Positions 37,701 to 51,133 of a DNA stretch of 64,000 bases are shown piece by piece. Each line of letters begins with the position of its first letter. The first letter of the stretch is position 1. The notes under the pieces were generated by a model that worked only from the letters and a program-made list of their open reading frames with translations, made no database searches and had not been told where the DNA came from. Both the position numbers and the translations under genes were made by a program. The DNA lies in the NCBI GenBank assembly GCA_965112155.1, contig OZ218100.1; one strand, given 5' to 3'. The stretch comes from Podarcis liolepis. Lineage: Eukaryota.

Positions 37701-39085
37701 TTTTCACTAAAGGGTTGGCCAAGCAGGTCATTGTGTTCATTAGCCATCCTGTCTAAACTTCTTTTCTCTGTTACTTTTGTATTGCACATAGGTTAGACTG
37801 CTGTGTAGTTTTCAAATTAAAATATTTGTGTTGCCTAACTTTTTTCTCTCTGTGTGCTTGGTCAGTAAAAGGACCACATTCTCTCTCTCTCCACTTTTCA
37901 AGAAGTGTCATGGCAATCAAACATCTCTTGGACTACAGTGGCCTAGTGATGTGTAGGCCTCAGCATTCATTGTTTCTGATAATAGGGCAAAATAGCTCAG
38001 AGGAACTTTAAAGTTTTTGTGTTGAAAGTAAATACTTTTTACTTTGACCAAATACTTTTAAATGGTCAAACATTTTAAGGGCCTGTGATTTAAACTCCGA
38101 TGTCTCCATTCCTGAGATCTACTGCTGTGATAGATCTGTGCATTACAGCCAAGTCTTAAGTTGATTCCTCTCCATGACTATAAATAGTTAGTGAGTCATA
38201 GACAACTGCTCCCCAGGTTAAGTGTCCGTCAGCTGTAGACCTCTCTTTCTGTCCTCTGGTTTTCAGTGATCTTAATACTAACCTTTCAGTATCAGGTTAG
38301 AAAATCTTCACTGCTTGAAGTCTCCTTTTTCATCCTCCCTCAAAAGTTTGACCAGATTCCTCTGTCGTTAAGAAGAAAAATACAAACATGACATTAGCTG
38401 TGCGCTTTTCTGAGTTTGCTATATTACCAGTCTGGAGAGTTGAACATTATTATGTTTCTTATTTTCAGAAGACCTTGTTACAACCTGATACATGCATTGC
38501 ACCTAAAGAACCCCATTTGAAGTCCGTAACTTCTTTTTCCATTCCCTCTTAATACTGTGACCGGATGCAGATTCTAGGGCTTCCATATCAGTTAATTCCC
38601 CCCCCCCACCTTCCCCCCCCCCACTTCCCTCCCCCCACTTCCCTCAGTTGCACTGTTTACCATTCCATCCAGAAGTGTGGAGCCTCAGACCTTGGGACCA
38701 AATGCAGACTGCCAGCCTCTCTTGTCTGGTGCTTTACCTTGACTGTACTGTGTCTTTGAACTGTAGTAATGGATTTTGCTTGCCTGGATAGAGGGATGTA
38801 GTGTAGGAACTGCTGAGTTTATGTTGCTGAACCATAGCTTACCGCAGATAGATAGAAGTCACATCTGTTGCTGCAGCCACTGCTGGCATGGGGCCCATGC
38901 AGGGTTGCCCATGAGCCAATGAGGTCCGCTGGCTGAAATGAATTCACAATCCCTAATCTAACATGATAAAGAGTTCCGGAGAACACAAAAGCTTGCACCC
39001 TATCTTGTGATATTTTGGTTGGCTTTATAAAAATATTTCCCTAATATGGATTTTTTGGAATAAAGCTGCACAGTGTTTGAACATA

Positions 39086-39393
39086 CAGTGGTGCCCCGCA
39101 AGACGAATGCCTTGCAAGACGAAAAACTCGCTAGACGAAAGGGTTTTGCGGTTTTTGAGCTGCTTCGCAAGACAAAAACGTCTTGCGTTTTTTGCAAGTT
39201 TGTTTCCTTTTTCTTAACACCCTTAATACAGTTGCGACTCTCATAGAACGCGGTGTGGTAGCCTTTTTTGAGGTTTTTGGCGATTTTTGAAGCTTTTCCA
39301 AAACTTTTCCGACACCGTGCATCGCAAGACGAAAAATTCGCTAGACGAAAAAACTCGCGGAACAAATTAATTTCGTCTTGCGAGGCACCACTG
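39086..39393. mobile_element. Tc1/mariner MITE family A, inverted relative to 3937
   Basis: TA-CAGTGGTGCCCCGCAAGACGAA...TTCGTCTTGCGAGGCACCACTG-TA. Confidence 0.88.
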
Positions 39394-40129
39394 TAGTCAC
39401 TGGTTTGCACTCTAGCTAAGCAGTGTACAGCTATATGGTAGGCACGCCTGCATTTGCTCAGTTTGGGGTGATGCATGAATTGTGTCCACCTAGAGAAAGC
39501 AGATCTGGCCGTAATGACACATGATACAGCATCATCCTAACCATGTCTACTCAGAAGTCAGTTCTATTAAATCCATTGGGGCTTACTCCTAGTATATTAT
39601 AAACTGTATAGATTTGATAGTGTCTGTACTTTTCTCTCTCAGTACTTATTTACTTGGTTATGCCAGAATAACCGAGTTGTGCTATGGTGTTTGTAGAAAT
39701 AGGTGTGTTTTATCCTTGAGTGACTTTGAATGTTCTTGGTGCCATCCTTTGCAGTTTTTCTGTGAGTGAAAAAACCCCAAACTCTGTTGTGACAATGTGA
39801 TAAGCAGGTGCTTGGGATTAATGCTAGATTTGATTTGGTTTTATTTGAGTTTTTACTCCAGATGTTACTGTGTGTTTAATTGGTTTTGTGTTTTGGTTGT
39901 TCCATTATTGGTATGTCAGCTCAGTTGCTAAACAAATCGGCTCCCAAATGCCACAAACCTGGAAGTGTTCTGGTTTGCGAATGTTTTTTAGAAGCTGAAT
40001 GTCCGAAGCGGCTTCTGCTTGAGTGCAGGAAGCTGCATCAATCGGAAGCTGCGCCAACAGTTTCAGGAGTCAAACGGACTCCCAGAACGAATTAAGTTTG
40101 AGAACCAAGATACCACTCTAATTTGTTAC

Positions 40130-40166
<37 letters not shown>
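40130..40166. repeat. Compound (GT)n(GA)n microsatellite
   Basis: Direct inspection of the sequence. Confidence 0.9.
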
Positions 40167-40168
<2 letters not shown>

Positions 40169-41063
40169 GACCAATGAAAAGGGTTAAAGGAATACTGTGG
40201 GAGGTAGCATGGAGGAGGAATTGCAGGAGTAAGGGGTGCTAGGTGAAAATCACCACCCTTCCTCCAGTGAGAGCCTCTGCTAGAGACCCTTCCACCAATC
40301 AAAGGAGCTCTGATATTTGCAGGAAGGGTATATTTGGATCCAAATCACTGACTAGGCTCTCACTTTGACCAGTTACTGTGCTAAAAGCCTCAAAGATGAC
40401 TTAAGGGTGGCGCATGCTCATGGTAGCTTTGTATACCCAGGTTCAGCACATAATTAGGCTTTGGGAACTGTACTGTGAAAAAGCAGTGTTTTTCTTCTGA
40501 TCCACCTCCATGTTCTTTGCAATTAGCAGCTATGTTGGCTGCCAGCCACATAGAAATGTTGAGGATGTGTGCCGATTTGATAAAATAGCATAGCTTGTTG
40601 TGCAATTTCAATTGCTTGTACCCCTTTAAGTCTAAGAGCAGAGCTATAGGATTTGGAGGCCCAGGTGGTATTGCCTTCACACCTTAGAGGTAATTGGGAG
40701 GATTTATGGTAGATAAAGTGATTCTAGCTGTGAATTAGGTTGTGAATTTTGTATGCGAAGACTTGTTAGCTGATGGAAAAATGTATCACCACCAAAGTGT
40801 CAGTTCTTTGGATAGGTATCTTTTTGGGGTGGGAAGACGGGAGAGTGACATCATCAAAATGGTGACGAAAAATGTGCTTATAGTTTATTTACAGAATTGT
40901 TTATTTAATTCACTTGCTTGAGGTGTTTCAAGCTTGCACTCTTTTTCAAAGGCAGCCCTGTGAGTTGGTTCTAAAGGCCCAGATTATTTCCATTCTCCAA
41001 GTGACCCCAAATAGCAAGGAGCTCAGAAGTAATCTGAACCTTTAGAACCACAAGCACTGTACA

Positions 41064-41221
41064 CCAGAAGTGGTTTAGTCATGCTGGCCACATAACCCAG
41101 AAAGCTGTCTGTGGACAAATGCCGGCTCCTTCGGCATGAAAGGGAGATGAGCGCCACAACCCCATAGTCGCCCTTGGCTGGGCTTAACCGTCTAGGGGTC
41201 CTTTACCTTTACCTCTTTACC
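41064..41221 (+). mobile_element. Sauria SINE 3' fragment, older subfamily
   Basis: ccagaagtggtttagtcatgctggccaca...gagatgagcgccacaacccc...ggggtcctttacctttacc. Confidence 0.8.
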
Positions 41222-42350
41222 CCTGGAAAAAGAGCACACCTGAGGATTCAGTTAAATCAAATGACTACCTAAATAGAATTCTTTTCAGGAGCCAAGAGCT
41301 CTTGTCTTTTTCTTTTTTTGTTACAAGACTACCGTGAACTCTGTGCATTCTGCTCTGACTCAGCTGAAAGGCTACTGTAGAAATGTTCAATAAAGGTTAT
41401 TGAACATTTATTTTTCTAGAAAAAGAGGCGCTGGAACTCAGCATGAACACCTCCCTTGTTCTCTTATAATGACAATGGCACCCACCTGAGAGGTGTTGGA
41501 ACTCAGTTCTGGTGAGTTCCTGCTGAAAACAGCTCTGGAAATGTCATAATACAATAGCATCAATCTAAGTCATTCTCAGAATGCACACATTGAAATAAAC
41601 AGGCTTGTTACTGCAATCCATTGATCTCAGTGAGTGTACTTTTGAGTATTACCTGGTTGGCTTGTACTCATAGTGTTTCAGGGTGTTTTTTCCATATATA
41701 GCATGTAAAATCTTGAGATGTATTTAGACTTGGACCTGTTCTGTTCTTACATATTTTATATGTAAATTGATTTACTCTTTTATTAGGATTTTTATTAGCT
41801 GCTGATGTTTTTCCTGGGAATAAATTCAGTATATCAGGAATTATTATTTATTATATTTCTGTCCCACTTTTCCTCCCAAAGGAGCCCATGGTGACAAACC
41901 TCAAAATGTTAAAATAATGCAATTTTAAATAAAAAATAAACATGTTAAAAATATTTTAAAATAATCATTTAGAGCATCTAAAAACATTTAAATAATAATG
42001 TACCTCACAGTTATTAATTTCAAGGTTACAATATCCTGTAACTTTCAGACATCAAATGCTTAATTAAATAGGATGTTTTTGAATAGTCACTAACGAGGGA
42101 TACAACTTAGCAGGAAGGAGATTCCACAGACAATCACTTCTGAGAAGGCCTTGTTGCAGGTCTGTGCCAAGAAGGCAGCAACCAGAGGTGGCACCACTAC
42201 CTATTAATGACTTAGAATGAAATTTCTGGTGTATGTGGTTTTATAAAATAAAAACAGGAAACAAAAATAGGTATATAAAAGATTATTACTTAACTTCACA
42301 AAGAGTCTATAAAGGTGCATTTTTAACTTTGTTTCCCCCTTTTTTTTCAG

Positions 42351-42390
42351 GGAAATGAGGCAAGCTACCCACTGGAAATGTGCTCACATT
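42351..42390 (+). CDS. PPP3R1: Calcineurin B exon 2 (GNEASYPLEMCSH-F)
   Basis: Polypyrimidine tttttttcag|GGA AAT GAG GCA AGC TAC CCA CTG GAA ATG TGC TCA CAT T|gtaagt; 40 bp; gives the N-myristoylation motif MGNEAS. Confidence 0.96.
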
Positions 42391-45300
42391 GTAAGTTCAA
42401 ACCTACGTTAACACTTTTTTCTACTAAGCTATGATTTTGAAGCTAAGCTATATAATGTAATTGTAACATCTTTATAACTTATTTCATAATTTTATAAAGT
42501 ATGTCTTAGTGCAGTTTTTAGTTATTGCATCCTTGTAATGTATGCTTCTTCACGTGAATACTTGGGGTTGAATCCAACAACGTTTGTGCACAAGCAGAAT
42601 GGAATTCCACTTGCACAGTATGACGTCCTCACACTTCACAATCAGTTTCAAAGGGTAGGGGATTGAACAGATATTGGTGGTGTGGTGGGAGCGTGGCTGT
42701 GTGTGTGTGTGTGAGGGGAGAGGGAGATGAAATCCTGTTGTGTAAGTGGAAGTACGCTTGCACAACATTGAATTGCACCCTTACGTATTTATGGTAGAGT
42801 CTAAACCAGCAATTAAAAGCCCATGCTAATGTGCAGAATGTGCATCTATTCCGGTACATCATCTGTCATGCTATCTGTTCAGAAACCTCCTATATAGCCT
42901 GAGACCTGTGAATGTCTCTGCCCTCCACATAGAATCATCTTGCCAGACAGGGCTTCCACCTTACACGGAGACACACTGCTCATGTTGACACTGTATGTTT
43001 CAACACACGCACAACAGTATTAGTAGGGCTATTCACCCCCCCCCCCCGCATTTCAATATGAATTTGGTAATCCGGATTGGCCCGGGTGCGATCCAGACTT
43101 GATTCCAGAATTGAGATGGTGATCAGGAAAAACTAATATTTGCAAATCTAAACAAAAAAGAGAGACAAGACAATAAACTAACCACTGCTAATAGAATGAG
43201 GGCCTGGTAGTATAGGAAAGAATTACACGCATCAAGAGAACAGCTGTGCTTTCAAAAATAGGGCCAAAATTGGAGGAATGTGTGACACTGCCCTAAATAA
43301 GATAAGACAGACAAGAATTATTATTTTTAAAATAAGAGGATGGGGCTGCTGGTTTTCTTCCATCCTTTCTTTCCCCAATCAAACATGGGTATAAGGCTGG
43401 AAAGGACTAGAGAAAACTCAGACAAGCTGAAATATTAACAAAACCACCAAACTAACTGATCACCAACTTTTTCAAACATTCTTATATTGTGTCTGTTCAG
43501 CATTTAGGAGACAGTGAATTTGGGATTTCGAATAATATCTCCAGCACAAACTGGTTACACAGCCCCGGTTGTTAGGCTAAGACACCCTTCTGGGTTTCTT
43601 GAATATGACATGATTCTATGACATAAGAATGTAACTAAAGAACAGAACAGTTTTATTGGGTACCCTTTCAGTCTTTAGCCAGCAGGCCCAGCTCCTTTGA
43701 GTTCTCTCCCACTTCCCAATTTATCAAAGATCCATTTTTAAATTGTAAACCTTTAAAACAAGGTTACATCTTGCCTTCTGTCATTTATAATCACAAAGTT
43801 GCACTATCTAGGTTTCAAGCATCTGCACTGGTTTCTTCTAGTCTTCTGGCCTTGATTCAAGAAGTTCTACATACTGAGGGGGATCACTTTATTTTCCTGT
43901 ATCCTGACACAATCATTGAAATCGAGCAGTTTAGAAGCGAAATGGTGTGCAGGAATGCATCTTTCACAGTAATTCCTACAATATTCCTATAGGCATGGCT
44001 CACCTTATTTTCACAAATGGTGGTCTGCATAAAATCACCAGTGAATTCATTATTATGTTTTGATTTGAAACAAGAATTAATAAGTTCTATCTTCATCATA
44101 GTAGCTACTCCTGCACATGAATTTCATAAATTTTGAACAGCATAAATATACAAAGAGGTGGGCGGTTTCCTAGCTCCAAATTATACTTCAACTTTAGACA
44201 CCTAAAGCTGGGTGTCTTCTGAAGGCAGTATGAGGTTTTCTTTATTACAGCAGAATTGACTGACCGCATTTGACAGCCCTTTTAATTATTTGCATAACCT
44301 TTTTAAAAATGCTATGTAACTCCTATGTGAAAATTCCAGAATAAAGTTCTGCTAGAATTAATACTGTGACCATATTCAGACAGAGCAATCTTAACCCTTA
44401 TCTAGGGAATGATTGGAACAGCTGAGCCACACCACCATCACAATCAAAATTCTGAGTAAAAAATGGGGGGATGTTTTGAGGAGTGGTGCCAAGGGACCCA
44501 GATCAGACCCCTTTTGACGGTGAAGCATCTCCCCCATCATTAGTGAGCCTGGGCTTCATTTTACCCCCCAGAAACAAACACCAGAGGGTTAGAATTGCTC
44601 TCTCAAACTACCTTCTTCAATATGAGAATTCCTTGTTTTCTCACAGACACATTTGAATTCTGTTCAAAGGAGAAGTAAAACTGCAAATATAAAGCATTTT
44701 CTGCAGCCATCGTTGTTTATAAACTGCTAAATGGCAGGTTTGGGTTTGTTTCCCTGTTAGATGCATGGCAAGTAAAGCTAAACTGTTTTACTCTGCCTTT
44801 CATTGTGACTGCAACTTTTCAGGTGTTGATTTCTTGTAACAGTTGTAGTTTGAACAAACTTTTAAAAATCGATTGTGTTCCACCTTTTGAGGGAAAATTT
44901 TTAGCCAAACTTAGAAGTTTTTCAGTACTCATGCAGAAACGAGGTCCTGGAATGAGACCATGCCCATCCCATCCATCAAGAAAACAGATTTGATTTTCTT
45001 TTCTCCTACAGAAGAGACAGCTGTGGTGAATTCAGTTCAATGCAATCTAATCTAGTATCTGAATAGCACATTTTGTATTTCTACCTAATCACAAGGAATT
45101 GAAATTGATACGAGATTTAAATGATTGAATTTCTTTTTGAATGAATATTAGCTGACTCCTTTTTGAAGATCCTTGATGATGTTATATACGGTTTAACAGA
45201 GCGAGTCTATGATCAAGCAGGATGGATGTTTATATAGTTGAGCAGCCATGTGACTAGAATTAGCTAGTATTATCACTCCTTTGAACATTTGAGTCAGCAT

Positions 45301-45531
45301 ACAGTAGTTTATAGTGAGCTGTAAGGTTAAATGTGTCATGGCATGCCCTGTGAAGAAAGGTAAGCAATTTGAATTGGTAATGTTTAAAGCTAACTCTTTT
45401 GTATAGAAGTATGTAGAGTTACTATATACTTTTAAAGAAAGACCACTGCATTACAGTGTCATTGCTTCATATAAAATAGTACAGTGAACTGTTTCTAACA
45501 ATATACTTTTTTCTCTTTGCTTCCACCCCAG

Positions 45532-45708
45532 TTGATGCAGATGAGATTAAACGATTGGGAAAGAGGTTTAAAAAGCTTGATTTAGATAATTCTGGTTCTC
45601 TGAGTGTGGAAGAGTTCATGTCTTTGCCTGAGTTACAACAGAATCCACTGGTACAACGAGTAATAGATATATTCGATACAGATGGGAATGGAGAGGTAGA
45701 CTTCAAAG
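45532..45708 (+). CDS. PPP3R1: Calcineurin B exon 3 (EF-hands 1-2)
   Basis: ccccag|TT GAT GCA...: [59 protein letters not shown]|gtaag; 177 bp, frame consistent with flanking exons. Confidence 0.97.
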
Positions 45709-46091
45709 GTAAGAAGCCATTCTCTCTGGATATATTAAATTTAATATGGGAAAGCAGTGTGTTCACACTTGGACTCTAGTTAGAACATTCTGCTGAAACT
45801 TGGCTTTTTGGTTTTTTTCAGCGCAATCCTATACATGTCTGCTTTTTCAGTCCCATTTAGTTCAGTGAGACTTACTCTCAGGTAAATGTGTGTAGGATTG
45901 CAGGCATTGTTTGAATTAGTACATCCCATAGAATATGTGTGATAATTTGGTTCTTTGCTTGGGAAATATTTCATGAAGTAAGGAGGAGGAAATGGAATAG
46001 TCACCGTTTTGGGGTACTATTTTGTGAAATTTATGTTGCTGCTCAGTTTTTGGGGGAAGGACCTCTAATTTTCCAAGTGCATAGAAAGTTG

Positions 46092-46217
46092 TCAGCCCCA
46101 CTCACCTCACAGAGTGTTTGTTGTGGGGGAGGAAGGGAAAGGAGATTGTTAGCCGCTTTGAGACTCCTGAAGGGGAGTGAAAGGCGGGATATCAAATCCA
46201 AACTCTTCTTCTTCTTC
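46092..46217 (+). mobile_element. Squam3-like SINE 3' half
   Basis: Reverse complement of the tail half of 11657-11900; ends atccaaactcttcttcttcttc. Confidence 0.8.
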
Positions 46218-48519
46218 CTATAGCATTATAGGGAACATACCAATTTAAATAATGGTATTATGTAAGATCATTTCCCTTAAGATCTAACTTGTGACTAAGG
46301 CTGCAGTTTTATAACATACTTATGAGTAGTCCCTTGAACCCAGGGGGGTTTGCTTCTGAGTAGGCATGCATACGATTGTGAATGCTGACAACTTATGTGA
46401 GGCTGTTAACTGCCAGAACATATTTAAAAACTTATTTTGGCTTCCACTTACTTAGGCTTGTTTGAAGAAAGTCATAATCCAGCAAAAGTTCAGCAATTTT
46501 TCCCCTGTTTCAATGGGAGGTATTTTAAACATATTCTTAATTCTCCCATTAATTCAATATTACTTAAAGGAGCTTTACTTTGGCTTCATAATTTGGGGGA
46601 TATATTACATGACAGAAACTTAGCTCACATATTTGGCTATAGTAATCTTCACTGGTTATTGCTTGTCACTACTGGGTTTGACACACAAAATTTAGAATGT
46701 GAACATTGAAGCTCTTACTTTAAATTCTAAAATTGGTCGCTAGCTGACCTTAACTAGGATGTCAATTTCAAAAACATAAATAGCTGCTCCACTGAACTAA
46801 TACATTTTTTCTGCAAACAGTGGCTGGATCTCGTGCATGTATACAGATAGTGGCTTAGGTCTGTGAGTTGATAATATGCAATTCATAATCTCATTGTAGT
46901 AATCATCATTTTATGCCCTTGTTTCCTTTGTCAAATCTTACCTCTAATTTTTCTATTTGCAGCATAGGTCCCAAGGGGGCAGGGTCTAGGAATGAGCAGC
47001 TTTCCTTCATACTAGTACTGGCTCAAGTTATTACCCAGAGTACCTGGGTAATGTGGAAATCTGGGGCCTTAATAGGATTATCCTTTCACCCATATGCACA
47101 TCTGAGCAGTATTATCCATACATTCTCTCTTCCCCCCCCCCTAAACAAGGGAAGAGAAATAATAACCTGGAGTATATTTTATTTTAAGCATTTATATTCC
47201 ACTTATTTGCACTACCAAGACACTTTGGCCTCCTGAGATAGGGTTGTATCTAATAGCACCTTCAAGCAGTGAACTTGATCATTCAGGAGGAATGCAACGC
47301 TATCCAGAACAGAGCACACAACCGTTCCCAAATGAGACAAACAGTTCAAATAAAACTATGGAAGCAATACAAAGCAAGGAGTTCAGGAAGTTTTCTCCCT
47401 TCAGTTTTAAAGGGAAAGCATGCCAGGTATGGTAAACAGTAGCCTCACATTTGAAGATGGTTCCGTCTGTCCTAGTACTCTAGAACTAGATATTCCAGTG
47501 AGCACAACCCAGCTATACTGATGTGCTCTGCCTGAAGGTATTCTTCTACCCAAGAAAGTATCAAAGATGTGCATAACTATGGAAGCCCTTTAGTTATGTT
47601 CTTATATTGCAGGACACTTACATTTGTATATTTTAAGTCACCACCTACTTTTAATTCAGCCTTGACATAGTTTCAAGCTTTTGGATAAGGTTAGGATTTG
47701 CATTTAAAGTGTCGTTTGTGTGCAGCTTTTTAATGAAAAGCCACAATATTACAAATTAGAAGGATGACTTCAGCACTTAAAAACTATATTATGTGTGTTT
47801 AATAATTAGAGGCCTGCTGCTCACATGCAGTTTTTCTACATATTTTTGCTGAATTTCACTGGTGCCAAACTATAGTGACTATAAATATATGCTTGTCTGC
47901 CTCCCTTCTTAAAATGTAGAATGTTTTTTTACCTTTGAGGGAGTAGGTGGGGGACTTAGAAGTCATAGCATCTGAAATGCAGTCAACTTTGGTTAGTTTC
48001 ATTCTTCATTGCCACCTCTTTTAGTTGTCATAATATCAAGCCTCTAACTGAGAGTTGGAAACTATGGGTGCTTTTAGTTGGGGGTGTTACCTCAAAAACT
48101 TCTTATTCAGATCCATTTTTTGAGTGTACAATGGGCACACAATTATCCACACACTCTCATTCTTTCAGTCATGATGTTCCTTGCTTTTATACCACCTGCT
48201 GTCCATATGAGTGGGCAGAGCTTGATGAAACCATATGTAGACTGCATATCTGTCATTCCCCTGCCCTTTGCTAACTTTTTTTGTTCAGATCATGCCTGCA
48301 GATATTTCTATCCCTGTGCACACACACTTTAAAAAGAAATCCAAGAAGTGCAAAAGAGCACAATTGTGAACATTATAAGCGTTAGCATGTTTCACAATGG
48401 GCAAAATGAAAGCAGGGGTGTGTGTGGAGAGGGGTAATGATTTCCATTTGGCTTTTCTTCATAAATTGATACTGAGGTCTTGTCCAAGACTATTCATTTA
48501 CCTAACTAAGGCTTTTAGA

Positions 48520-48887
48520 GGGACACGGGTGGCGCTGTGGTCTAAGCCTTGGGCTTGCCGATCAAAAGGTTGACGGTTCGAATCCCTGTGACGGGGTGAG
48601 CTCTCGTTGCTCGGTCCCAGCTCTTGCCAGCCTAGCAGCTTGAAAGCACGCCAAAAAGTGCAAGTAGAAGGGGGAAGGTAAACAGCATTTCCGTGTGCTG
48701 CTCTGGTGTCGGTGTTCCATTGCGCCAGAAGCGGCTTAGTCATGCTGGCCACATGACCCAGGAAAAACTGTCTGCGGAGCAGAGAAACGCCAGCTCCCTC
48801 AGCCTGTAAAGTGAAATGAACGCTGCAACCCCAGAGTCGTTCGTGACTGGACTTAACTGTCAGGGTTCCCTTTACCCTTTACCTTTT
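48520..48887 (+). mobile_element. Sauria SINE, full length
   Basis: GGGACACGGGTGGCGCTGTGG (A box), GGTTCGAATCC (B box), ACCTTT tail; TSD TAAGGCTTTTAGA/TAAGGCTTTAAGA (48507-48519, 48888-48900). Confidence 0.9.
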
Positions 48888-49557
48888 TAAGGCTTTAAGA
48901 AGAGTGATTAAGAGGTCTTTCACAACACTCCACTATATTGTTTTGAAAACTAGAAATGAGATTAGTCTCTGAGGAGTAACCCCCTATTTGCTTTGTAGAG
49001 CTCTTGAGAGAAAAGTTACTCTGAAATTTGCCTTCGGCAGGTGGTAGTTGGTGGAAATAGTTAGGCACATCAAAACAGAATGGCTAGGTTATCCTCACGT
49101 GAGGAGCAAACACAAGTAAGGGTATGGTGATAGGGGGCCACTGACCAAAACATTACCAGCATTTGGTGAAATAGGCCACCAACCTAAAAGGAGCTATCAC
49201 ACTAGCAGTGACTGTGTATATATTCTCTGCAGAATGGATAAATGGAAATCAAACCAAGAAAAACTATGGACTGGCATTTTAAATTACTTTGCGTGGACAC
49301 TGCAAAAAGTCTATGGCAGTATCAATTCCATCTGGAAGTACCCTACATATCTGAAATGAAAGCTGAGATTTTTATGAGTATTGTGAAGCCCATAGGATGC
49401 CGTAGCACACAAAAACATTGACCAACCTAGGCAGACCGCATTCAGGATTGACTTACTTCGAGAGAATGCTAGACGTGCATTACTGAAGTCCACAGGGGGT
49501 AATTGTATGTTATGTAATATGTAAAATATTTTATAAATGTTCTTCTTGCCTTTATAG

Positions 49558-49617
49558 AATTTATAGAAGGAGTCTCTCAGTTCAGTGTCAAAGGTGACAA
49601 GGAACAGAAGTTGAGGT
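49558..49617 (+). CDS. PPP3R1: Calcineurin B exon 4 (EFIEGVSQFSVKGDKEQKLR-F)
   Basis: cttgcctttatag|AA TTT ATA GAA GGA...AAG TTG AGG T|gtaagt; 60 bp. Confidence 0.96.
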
Positions 49618-50134
49618 GTAAGTATCAGATATTTCCTTAGCTGGCAAATAAAGTTTGCAATTGGGCAGTTGGGGGGTGTGTGGAGAAGAAAATCATCATT
49701 GAGATGCCTGTTCTGTAATAAAACAGTAAGTACTTTGAAATAACTTGAATATCAATTGAAAATCCTTAATTATGTGGAGAATGGAAAATTAACACACTAA
49801 ATCTTTTGTACAGTTCAAGGTGAAATACACAGGCTTTGTGTTAGGAGCTTTTTTTTTTGTAATTGAAAGTACCTTAGTGGGTGTTTTAGATTTGTAGGTA
49901 CATCACTAAAGCTTTTCTGGCCCTGTTTGTTTTTTACATAATGAAATATTGTGCCTGCAAATATTGTGTCATTTGCCAATAATAAAGCATAGAATGATTT
50001 CTCCACCCCGCAGCCACCCATATAGATATACACCCCACTAGATAATTCAAACTTAAAGCTGTCCTAGCATAGAAGGCTTTATCAGTTTCTCCTTCCTTCT
50101 GAAAAGCTCCTTTGTGAGAGGTTGTATAGGGGCC

Positions 50135-50366
50135 TTCGAAAACACGTCAAAGTGCAAGTAGATAAATAGGTACTGCTCCAGCGGGAAGGTAAACAACGTT
50201 TCCGTGCGCTGCTCTGGTTCGCCAGAAGCGGCTTAGTCATGCTGGCCACATGACCCGGAAACTGTATGCAGACTCCCTCGGCCAGTAAAGCGAGATGAGC
50301 GCTGCAACCCCAGAGTCGTCCACGACTGGACTTGAACGGTCAGAGGTACCTTTACTTTTACCTTTA
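50135..50366 (+). mobile_element. Sauria SINE, 5'-truncated
   Basis: Matches the SINE 3' two-thirds, with ACCTTT tail. Confidence 0.88.
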
Positions 50367-50422
50367 ACAGGTAAAAAATGTTTTCCCAGACCCTGCCAAG
50401 GAGCAGACGGGGCACTCTAGAT

Positions 50423-50675
50423 CAGGGGTCAGCAAACTTTTTCAGCAGGGGGCCGGTCCACTGTCCCTCAGACCTTGTGGGGGGCCAGACTATATTTTGA
50501 AGGGGGGGAATGAACGAATTCCTATGCCCCACAAATAACCCAGAGATGCATTTTAAATAAAAGGACACTCATTCTACTCATGTAAAAAGATCCTGATTCC
50601 CGGACCACTCACGGGCCGGATTTAGAAGGCGATTGGGCTGGATCCGGCCTCTGGGCCTTATGTTGCCTACTCATG
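50423..50675. mobile_element. hAT (Charlie-like) MITE
   Basis: CAGGGGTCAGCAAAC...GTTGCCTACTCATG imperfect TIRs; 8-bp TSD CTCTAGAT (50415-50422, 50676-50683). Confidence 0.82.
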
Positions 50676-51133
50676 CTCTAGATCCACCTCAACATATTTA
50701 GTTAGAACTAAGGCCTACTAATATAAGTGAAACATATTTCCAGCTAATTGGGTTTAGGGTTTCAACCAGTGTAACCAACTCTGAAAGGGAGTACGCCAAT
50801 CACTTTGTAGCCAGACAATTACAGTGACATTGAAGGCAAATTATACCAGTGTTTAGGATTGAAATGGCACAGCTGATCCTAATAGAAGCTATTTTTTCAT
50901 ATATCTCTGATACCCGATATGACTGTAAAAAAACAAGATGTCTATATGAAGTAACACCGATCTGCAGTAAAGTGTTCCTGCCAAGTCTCCTCTTCACTCT
51001 TCCAAAGAAAATATAAATTTTAAAATATAAATTTTTAAAAATACCTGAAAGGAAGTTGATCTTCTGTCTTTGGAACTTCACTAAGTGGTGAAAGTAAGAG
51101 CCTTGGCTTCAATTAGGAAACTGAATGAATGCT

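Noticed and set aside
39000-39476. 158-aa ORF similar to ORFs at 4037-4362 and 25518-25901
   Set aside because: All overlap MITE family A copies, so this is not a gene family.
43320-44100. Possible degraded minus-strand L1 fragment (similar texture at about 23050-23400)
   Set aside because: Composition is suggestive, but I could not recover a convincing motif or boundaries.
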